A stretch of DNA of 64,000 nucleotides from an uncultured Brevinematales bacterium (GTDB taxonomy: Bacteria; Spirochaetota; Brevinematia; Brevinematales; CAYRWR01). The position numbers and the translations under genes are program-made. The stretch covers positions 503 to 64,502 of the forward strand of contig CAYRWR010000019.1 in assembly GCA_964428015.1 (NCBI GenBank), in the 5' to 3' direction. Numbering within the stretch: position 1 is the stretch's first letter; each line of letters starts with the position of its first letter. Positions 48,749 through 56,032 of the stretch are shown here, one piece after another. The notes beneath the pieces were generated by a model. The model was not told the origin of the DNA, made no database searches, and saw only the letters and a list, made by a program, of their open reading frames with translations.

Positions 48749-48823
48749 GAGGGCCTCTTCACAGGATCGGCCTGGAGGGCGGCGGTAGGGGGCGCTCCCG
48801 CCTCACCGATAGTGGGTAATATA
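48749..48823 (+). repeat. GC-rich repeat element, copy B (29-nt exact core at 48774-48802)
   Basis: See copy A. It is in inverted orientation relative to copy A and lies in the dnaN upstream intergenic region. Confidence 0.8.
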
Positions 48824-49048
48824 GTATCGGAATCACAGGTCTGACACTCTACTTTTTTATTCCATGCCGTCCTTTTTAAGGCTCTGCCTGTAAAAAAACA
48901 GCATCGAGTGGGAATAAATTTATGAAAAATTTTTACTATAATACGCCTCCTGAACCGGAGTTATACACAGGAGATTTTAGAGTTTTTTATTTATCCCTGC
49001 TAAAATAGATGCAAATATAATTAGAAATTCCGAGTCAGGGAGTTATCC

Positions 49049-50329
49049 ATGTCGATTGTAATTAAGAAAATCTTGGTTTTTTCGCTTTTTTTGAGTGTTT
49101 TTGGGTGTACACCGGGAGGTGAGCAGGATTCTCTGGTGGAGCCATCCATTCTCATCACAGTGGAAGGTCCTCATTTTCGGCCTGCTCTGGCTCTCACAGC
49201 CTCTGCCACTATCAAACTGGATTATGGTGACGGCAGTTCTGCTTCGACCCTGAATTTATCAGCAGGTGACCACCTTCTGGAATCACATCAGTTTATCAAC
49301 AGTGCCGGCAGCCACCAGGTTTTACTGACGGTACAGCCCTGGTCAGCTCTTTCTGTACTCAATCTGGGTTTCCGGGCAGGAGATGGGGGGAATAATACAT
49401 TCCAGACTGAGGTGCCTGTGATTATGTTTCATCCTACTACCACTGCTATTCCCGGAGGCACACTTTCTGCCTCTGAGATTCAGGGATATGTAGGAAAAGT
49501 CACAGCCATCAGCAACTTACAGGTGGCCACTGAACTCTTAGCCATTTGCTGTGAACAACAGGCTCTGACCATTCTGGACTGCTCTGGTCTGACCAAACTA
49601 CGCACCGTAGAGGCTTACTTCTCCTCAGTAAAAAGTACCAGCTTTCAGGGTTGTGAGGAACTGCGCCGCTGCTGCCTGGAAACAACCGGGGCTAAGACCA
49701 GCTGGCGGATCATCAATGGCTCACGGGTGGAAGACGAAGTACTGGATCTGCGGGATAGCCACCACCTGCAGGATATCCGGGGCACGAATAATGATAGGAC
49801 TGGCATCCGATTACATCCGGGCGCGTTTAATACTCTTTGGCATCTTTGTACTATGGGTAATGGCAGAATGACTTCATTTTATATAGGTGATGATTCTGTT
49901 CCTCTTACCGATCTCAGTAGCTTTGCAAAACTGAAAGAGTGCTGGGTTTCCTATAGTCCGGTGATCAGCAGTCTAGTTCTGACCAATAATACCACAGACA
50001 CTCTCCTGGTAGAGGCTTGTGGTATCACTAATGTGGACATACATGGCCAGGTGCAGCTCCGTGAGCTGAAAATTGCACACAACCAGATTTCCGTTATCAA
50101 TATAGACGGATGTACGGGATTGGACCGCATCTATATGGGGTATTGTAATTTTTCAGAGGCGCAGGTCGATTATATATTAGCTACTGTGGATGGATTCAAC
50201 ACTACCTACAACTACTCCGGATATAACGCCACACTGGATCTGACCGGCAATTCAGTGCCATCAGCTACTGGTCTTGTTCACAAGGCTAATCTCGAAGCCA
50301 GAAATTGGGATGTATTTACTGCTGAATAA
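49049..50329 (+). CDS. lipoprotein with leucine-rich-repeat-like C-terminal half
   Basis: Lipobox VFGC. Repeats of the type LxxLxLxxNxIxxI, for example LRELKIAHNQISVINIDGCTGLDRIYMGYC. Confidence 0.55.
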   Translation: MSIVIKKILVFSLFLSVFGCTPGGEQDSLVEPSILITVEGPHFRPALALTASATIKLDYGDGSSASTLNLSAGDHLLESHQFINSAGSHQVLLTVQPWSALSVLNLGFRAGDGGNNTFQTEVPVIMFHPTTTAIPGGTLSASEIQGYVGKVTAISNLQVATELLAICCEQQALTILDCSGLTKLRTVEAYFSSVKSTSFQGCEELRRCCLETTGAKTSWRIINGSRVEDEVLDLRDSHHLQDIRGTNNDRTGIRLHPGAFNTLWHLCTMGNGRMTSFYIGDDSVPLTDLSSFAKLKECWVSYSPVISSLVLTNNTTDTLLVEACGITNVDIHGQVQLRELKIAHNQISVINIDGCTGLDRIYMGYCNFSEAQVDYILATVDGFNTTYNYSGYNATLDLTGNSVPSATGLVHKANLEARNWDVFTAE

Positions 50330-50370
50330 ATCTCGTATCCCCTGAAAAGGGTAGCCCATCGTTTTATAAA

Positions 50371-50398
50371 AATCCCCTTTTCAGGGGATTTTTTTTTT
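50371..50398 (+). terminator. rho-independent terminator
   Basis: The hairpin AATCCCCT-TTTC-AGGGGATT is followed by T10. Confidence 0.85.
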
Positions 50399-50598
50399 GC
50401 ATTCTCATATATAAAATTTATGGAATAAAAAATGGTTGTTGATTTTTCACAATATGGAGACAGGCCTGTATTTTTCAATGATGTGCACTTACAGGATATT
50501 TAGCCCTGATGCAAAACCAGCCCATATAAAAGTGAAAAAACCGGGGGATTGGTTTACAGAAGACCTTTTAAAAAAATCAATAAAAATAGGAGTGAAGA

Positions 50599-53235
50599 AT
50601 GAAAAATTGGATGTTGAAGTTTTTCATGGGTTCTTTGGTACTGTTTGCAGCTGGATGTGGAGTGAATCCTGTTCCTTTTGGCCCTCCCCCCCTGACACAG
50701 CAGCAGTTTAAGCAGGTATCAACGGGTATCTACATAGGAGGAGGGATGCTGTGGCATCCTACCGATCAGAATCTTAATCATTTCAGCCAGATGGGTATCA
50801 TCAATATCCGTCTGTCCCGTACCATGGCTGAAGTGACCAATGGAGAGTTTGAAGAAATTGTATATGACACAAATACCGGAGAAATGATCTCCAGTAACAT
50901 TTCCACTGTCATGTCCAATTATGCAGAACTGAAAGAAAGTGTAGTGTTTGGAAAAATCTATGTCAACTCTCTTAGCGCTTCCCAGGCAGTTTTATCCTTT
51001 GAGTTGTATTCTGCCGATAACACCTGGATTAAACACAACACACCTCTGACCCTCAATGCCGGTGAATCAGCCGACCTGAACGGGGACGGTTTGATGGATG
51101 TAGCCTGGCTGCCTTATCAGATGGAGTCAGATTTGGGCAGCAAGGGAGCCTACACTTTGTTCTTTTTAAGTGACCAGGAAGGGGGCAACCTCTCTATGTA
51201 CCAGTGTCCCCAGGACAGCAATTATCCTTATCCTTCAGGGATCATCACGCTTAATCCCTCCGGGTCGGTAATCAGTATTTTTGACCAATCTACTTTTGTA
51301 TCCAGTAATAATAACAAGCTGACATTTAACAAAGGTCAGGCACCAATGCTGGATGACGGAGACTACATTTACTTCCCCGGCACTACCAATATGATGCAGA
51401 TAAGCACTAACCTGGACGCGGGTAACGGCAAAATGACATATGTGTGTGAACCCATCAATGTCTTTGACGCTTATGAAATCATGGACCTGTCCATTAATAC
51501 TACTCCGCAGGAACTGCAGAACCAGACCAACCAGGGAATAGGAAATTTCCAACGGGCTAACCCCCTGGTATCCCACACTTTTGATATTCCTATCCCTGAC
51601 TTCAAAGCTAGCCAGACTGATGGAAACTTCGAGTGGTCTTTCGTCAATAAGAACACACTTAAACTCATACTGGAAGCCGATATGACCCTACGCTGGGACA
51701 CGGTAAAAGTTGATACCAAGATTGTACTGCAGGGTGATATCTCCATGATCCTGGAAGCTGCTTACAAGAAAAATTTCACCAAAAACATAGCAGAGTTTGA
51801 GCTATGGGAAATCTATCAGTTCTTTATGATAGGACCGGTACCAGTTACTTTTGAAATGCCCATCAGTGCTGGTATCGATTTCAGTGCCGGAGGATACGGA
51901 CGTTTCAAAACCGGTATGATTATGCATGGTGAATTTGGTATGGAAACCAGTGCCGGTTTTGGTATCAATTACAAGAAAAAGACCATCAAAGTGGGCCCCT
52001 TCAAGAAAACCTTTAAGATACCCTGGAGTATTAAAAATTATAACAGCGCCAAAGTGATCAGCGATTATTACTTCCATGATCATAGAAATAAACCTTTTAG
52101 TCCGGAATCTCTTATGGACTTCAGCGCGGAAGGATATTGTACTCTGACACCTTATATTGAAATATCACCAGGCTTGTATATTGGTGGTATAGCCGGCATT
52201 AAGGCTGGTGCTAGACTTAATTTTGATAATACACTTAAAGCGAGTCTCAAAGCGCAAGGTAATAGTTTAAGCCTCGATGTGGACTATAATTTGTCCCTGA
52301 ACGGAGAAATTGTACCCTATGTAGTCTTTAAAATTGACCTGAAATTCTGGGAAAAAACATTTGAAAAAGACTTCGGCTCCCTGAAACTCAAGAGTTACAG
52401 CCTTAAAGATTTAAATCTTATTAGTGTTAAGACTCCTGAACTACCTGACAATTATTTCAGCTTGTCTACCCGTATGCTGGATAAAAAGAATGATTATAGC
52501 TACGAGGAATATACCAATGCCAATCTTCCCTTCGTGATGGACATTGTGGCCCGATCCAGCCAGGATCTGAATTCTGTCTCTGTGAATGGGACCCTAATAA
52601 CAAATTTTGCTGCTGGAGTAAAGCAGGCACCTGTGCAATATATTCTGGATAAAAGCGGGATCTCGGGCGGCTCCAATACCTACACCGTGATTGCGACTGA
52701 TAAATCAGGCAAGTCTGCTACCAACAGACTCCTCATTACAGTGGACCGGGACAATATCAACGGAAATTCGACTAATTTTGTTACAGGTCTGTTTGTACTG
52801 TATGGGAAAACAGCTTTGCCACCAGCCGGATATACAAAGATAGGGGTAGATCTGAACAAGGGTGCTGGAGGTAGTTATATCTATCTCTGCTATACCAAAG
52901 ACACGTCCAAAGGTATGCCCATCCGCAACCTGAGCGTGCATAATTCCAGCTCCGGATCTCATACTCATGCCACTAACTATTTTAATGCACCCAGTTCGTA
53001 TTACCCCACAGGAAATGGAGATGCGGATCTTAATAAAGGTGCGGGGGGCAACTGGATCTTTTTGCACTATACCAGAGAAGGCTTGCTTCCAGACGGGTCC
53101 TATCTTGAACCTATCCGTGATATTAAGATTGTGCTGGGTAAATATCCCACAGTTCCCGCGGGATATAAGATTATCAGCTCCGACCTAAACAAGAATGCGG
53201 GCGGAGAATTTATCTGGATTATATACAAAAGATAA
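50599..53235 (+). CDS. large lipoprotein with C-terminal threefold DLNKGAGG repeat (beta-prism-like)
   Basis: GGAG RBS and lipobox FAAGC. One DLNGDGLMD calcium-type loop. The C-terminal repeats are VDLNKGAGGSYIYLCY, ADLNKGAGGNWIFLHY and SDLNKNAGGEFIWIIY. Confidence 0.7.
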   Translation: MKNWMLKFFMGSLVLFAAGCGVNPVPFGPPPLTQQQFKQVSTGIYIGGGMLWHPTDQNLNHFSQMGIINIRLSRTMAEVTNGEFEEIVYDTNTGEMISSNISTVMSNYAELKESVVFGKIYVNSLSASQAVLSFELYSADNTWIKHNTPLTLNAGESADLNGDGLMDVAWLPYQMESDLGSKGAYTLFFLSDQEGGNLSMYQCPQDSNYPYPSGIITLNPSGSVISIFDQSTFVSSNNNKLTFNKGQAPMLDDGDYIYFPGTTNMMQISTNLDAGNGKMTYVCEPINVFDAYEIMDLSINTTPQELQNQTNQGIGNFQRANPLVSHTFDIPIPDFKASQTDGNFEWSFVNKNTLKLILEADMTLRWDTVKVDTKIVLQGDISMILEAAYKKNFTKNIAEFELWEIYQFFMIGPVPVTFEMPISAGIDFSAGGYGRFKTGMIMHGEFGMETSAGFGINYKKKTIKVGPFKKTFKIPWSIKNYNSAKVISDYYFHDHRNKPFSPESLMDFSAEGYCTLTPYIEISPGLYIGGIAGIKAGARLNFDNTLKASLKAQGNSLSLDVDYNLSLNGEIVPYVVFKIDLKFWEKTFEKDFGSLKLKSYSLKDLNLISVKTPELPDNYFSLSTRMLDKKNDYSYEEYTNANLPFVMDIVARSSQDLNSVSVNGTLITNFAAGVKQAPVQYILDKSGISGGSNTYTVIATDKSGKSATNRLLITVDRDNINGNSTNFVTGLFVLYGKTALPPAGYTKIGVDLNKGAGGSYIYLCYTKDTSKGMPIRNLSVHNSSSGSHTHATNYFNAPSSYYPTGNGDADLNKGAGGNWIFLHYTREGLLPDGSYLEPIRDIKIVLGKYPTVPAGYKIISSDLNKNAGGEFIWIIYKR

Positions 53236-53250
53236 TTTTATAATATTTAT

Positions 53251-53285
53251 CAACCCGGGAAACACCAGTTTCCCGGGTTGTTTTA
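53251..53285 (+). terminator. rho-independent terminator
   Basis: The hairpin AACCCGGGAAAC-loop-GTTTCCCGGGTT is followed by a T-run. Confidence 0.85.
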
Positions 53286-53357
53286 TTAGCGGAGTTTTTT
53301 TATTTATTTTAGGTTTATTTTTTTATTGGATAAAGAATAAAATGCCTATAGACTTTA

Positions 53358-53386
53358 TTGACAATCGAAAGATGTCACCTTAATAT
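53358..53386 (+). promoter_or_regulatory. candidate sigma-70 promoter TTGACA-17-TAATAT
   Basis: TTGACA at 53358-53363 and TAATAT at 53381-53386 lie 45 nt upstream of ndk. Confidence 0.55.
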
Positions 53387-53430
53387 CAATCCGGTTTTAA
53401 AAAACATAGGATGAAGGGGAGAGACCGGAT

Positions 53431-53937
53431 ATGTTACAACAAACACTGATTTTGATCAAACCTGATGGATTAAAAAAATCTCTGACAGGAAATGTGCTCA
53501 CCAAACTGGCGGAAGCTAAGCTGGAAATAGTCGCTGCAAAAGTGGTCCGCGCTACCCGTGCTCACGCCGAAAAACATTATGAGCATCTCAAAGGAAAACC
53601 GTTTTTCGAAGGGTTGATCGATTTTTTTGTTGGCGCTATGCACAATACTCAAGGCCGTATCGTAGCCTTTGTGTATCAGGGAGAAGATGCCATAAAGAAA
53701 TGCCGTACCATAGCTGGTGCTACCAATCCTGAAGAGGCTGATCCCACCAGTATACGGGGAGCCTACGGACGTATCACTACCCAGGGTGTCTTTGAAAATG
53801 TCATACATACTTCGGATGAACCCCAGACAGCAGAGCGGGAAATTAAGCTTTGGTTTGAGCCTGAAGAGATATTTTCTGATATATACCCCACAGAGACGGT
53901 AACTTTAAAAGAAGTTACTAAAAAAGTCTGGAAATAA
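53431..53937 (+). CDS. ndk: nucleoside diphosphate kinase
   Basis: TLILIKPDG, the NDK fold length plus a short C-terminal extension. The active-site His is in NVIHTSD, a variant of the usual NxxHGSD. Confidence 0.88.
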   Translation: MLQQTLILIKPDGLKKSLTGNVLTKLAEAKLEIVAAKVVRATRAHAEKHYEHLKGKPFFEGLIDFFVGAMHNTQGRIVAFVYQGEDAIKKCRTIAGATNPEEADPTSIRGAYGRITTQGVFENVIHTSDEPQTAEREIKLWFEPEEIFSDIYPTETVTLKEVTKKVWK

Positions 53938-53999
53938 TTACTGATTAAAATATTTCTATATGTCAGATCAGGGATAAAAAAGGTTTATCCCTGATTACT

Positions 54000-54581
54000 G
54001 TGCAGTGGTTTGAAAAAGAACTTTTATTATTTCAGAGTGGATGTTATAATTTTCTCATGGAATTACAAAGTTGTCTGAATCTTCTCCAGGGTTTGAATCT
54101 CATGCATTTAGGGTTTGATTATATGCCGCATAACCCTGAAATCCTAAGCCGTTTCTTTCCGGATTTAACGGGCATCAGTGATCTTACTCTCATCGGCAGG
54201 GATGGAGGGCGGGGTATTTTTCTGATATGGAATGATCCCGAGGGGTTAAAACCGGTAATATATTTCAATAATCCTCAATTATTCGGCGCGGTATGTGCGC
54301 GCTGGCAGGACTTTCTACGGCTTATTATTGACGGGGTCATGCTCTATGAACTGGCCATCGATAATGAGTATCTGATTTTTTCACAATATCCCGGTCAGGA
54401 GAGTTTCCAGTCCCCGTTATCACCTAAGCAGATGTGGGCCTTTCACCAGTCCCAGGCCAGCCGTCTGTGGAACAGCTGTTCAGGATCATCCTTAAATGAT
54501 AGAAAATCATTTCTGCACGACAGACAGAGGACTAATCATCATTTTACAGTGTGGTACAAAAAAAATCAGGGTTTGTGCTGA
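54000..54581 (+). CDS. hypothetical protein, possibly SMI1/KNR4 (SUKH)-like
   Basis: GTG start; ATG 54057 is an alternative. The pattern IGRDGGRGIFLIW...PVIYF...WQDFLRLII resembles SUKH-type domains. Weak call. Confidence 0.35.
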   Translation: MQWFEKELLLFQSGCYNFLMELQSCLNLLQGLNLMHLGFDYMPHNPEILSRFFPDLTGISDLTLIGRDGGRGIFLIWNDPEGLKPVIYFNNPQLFGAVCARWQDFLRLIIDGVMLYELAIDNEYLIFSQYPGQESFQSPLSPKQMWAFHQSQASRLWNSCSGSSLNDRKSFLHDRQRTNHHFTVWYKKNQGLC

Positions 54582-54633
54582 AAATTAAAAAAGAATTCAA
54601 TATCCTTATGATTTTGATAAAAATTGATTTCAA

Positions 54634-56010
54634 TTACAGTTTGTATCCTATACTCACCAAGGGTAATGCTTCCAGGCTCTGCTGAAAATCCAGTGCCGCT
54701 CCCAGGCGTAGATATATACCTTTCCAGCGTATCTGGAACCATATCTGGTATACCATGGCCCAGGAGGATAGATCGGTGACCTGATTCCAGATAGAGGCAG
54801 GCCAGCTGAAGTAGGGGCCGATACCTGCCCCCAGAGAATAACGCCAGGCATGATCAGGAAACTGAAAGAGAAGAAAATCAGCAGTCAGCCTCAGGGTTGT
54901 AAAATACAGTCTGCTTTGCAGGTTCTGCTGCATTATGAAGCCATAGCCCCATTCCATGCCTGCGGTTATACGCCGGTTCAATTTGTAATCCATACCTATC
55001 CCGGCCAGGGAGCCGCCCAAAATAAATATTCCAGGCTGAAATCGGGGTGCCAGGACGTCGGGATCAATGTGCAGGAAATCACCATCTCTCAGGGATATGA
55101 GGCGATCCAGTAAAATTTTATTATTGAGAGTGGTCACTAACAACCGATGATCCTGGTCAAGCTGCAGATTTTTATGATCTGTACCGGGTTCTGTTAACTT
55201 TCCATCCAATATCATTAAGTAAGTCTGATTTTTATCGGTCCCCTTCAGCTTTCCAATATGAATAGCAGCCTGACCCTGATAGGAAACAGACTGAATACTA
55301 TTCTCTTTCAGGTAAAAATTCTGATTATAAACAATTACCTGGTCCCGTTCTCTGATCAACATCACATTATAATTATATCCTGCCAGCACTTTAAGAGTGC
55401 GATTGTATTCTCTGCTGTCAATTTTATCTACCTGCCGGTTATTCAGATACAGAGTATACCGGTCTTGGCCGGGAATAAAATCTCCGAAAGAGAATTGCGC
55501 GAACCGGGGAGTTATTCCAAAAACTGAAAGAATAATGTCTGGAATGATCCTGTCTATGGCATCATATATCTCCAGATCCGTAGTAGCTGAATACTTTTTT
55601 TCAAAAATTTTATCCGTTTTTTTGTTTGACCAGATGCTGAGCTGTATCTGTATGCGGGATTGGTCAGCAGAAGTTTCCGGCTGGATTATTAGCTGTATCA
55701 TATAATCAGCTGAATACATATTTAAAAGTGAAGCAGGATCTGTGATTTTAGTGTTTCTGAGGACTTGTTCATCCGGCAAAGTGGCCAGGGGCAGATAGCT
55801 GAGAAACTGATATGTATTTCTGAACAATATTTCTGCACTCTCCTGCAAGGAAGATTCGGATGGGACGGCAGCCCCGGTGATTTGAGGGTAGGGTATCATC
55901 AGTTTCCTGACTGTATCCTCAGACCAAAGGTATGAAGTGGAAATGAAAAATAACAGGCAAATTAATCCACCGGATAAAATCAGGCTGGATAGTTTCTTAG
56001 TAACCTTCAT
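54634..56010 (-). CDS. exported protein with probable C-terminal outer-membrane beta-barrel
   Basis: The start is at MKVTKKLSSLILSGGLICLLFF, because the longer ORF would overlap the upstream gene. The last 130 aa or so show an alternating hydrophobic/aromatic beta-strand pattern ending in IGYKL. Confidence 0.55.
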   Translation of the reverse strand: MKVTKKLSSLILSGGLICLLFFISTSYLWSEDTVRKLMIPYPQITGAAVPSESSLQESAEILFRNTYQFLSYLPLATLPDEQVLRNTKITDPASLLNMYSADYMIQLIIQPETSADQSRIQIQLSIWSNKKTDKIFEKKYSATTDLEIYDAIDRIIPDIILSVFGITPRFAQFSFGDFIPGQDRYTLYLNNRQVDKIDSREYNRTLKVLAGYNYNVMLIRERDQVIVYNQNFYLKENSIQSVSYQGQAAIHIGKLKGTDKNQTYLMILDGKLTEPGTDHKNLQLDQDHRLLVTTLNNKILLDRLISLRDGDFLHIDPDVLAPRFQPGIFILGGSLAGIGMDYKLNRRITAGMEWGYGFIMQQNLQSRLYFTTLRLTADFLLFQFPDHAWRYSLGAGIGPYFSWPASIWNQVTDLSSWAMVYQIWFQIRWKGIYLRLGAALDFQQSLEALPLVSIGYKL

Positions 56011-56032
56011 AAATAGAAATCCTGAAATCAGA

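Noticed and set aside
48623-48844. A 73-aa ORF covering GC-rich element copy B, and 33603-33794 as the N-terminal extension over copy A.
   Set aside because: Their reading frames differ relative to the shared core. There is no RBS, and the translations are Gly/Ala/Pro-rich, driven by the GC-rich repeat.
48961-48969. The dnaN upstream region as oriC.
   Set aside because: Only one DnaA-box-like 9-mer was seen, with no box cluster or obvious AT-rich unwinding repeats. It is kept as a context observation, not a feature call.
50487-50500. GATGTGCACTTACA upstream of the 878-aa lipoprotein gene as another copy of the amylase operator.
   Set aside because: Only one half-site (CTTACA) matches. There is no sigma-54 motif nearby and no palindromic partner.
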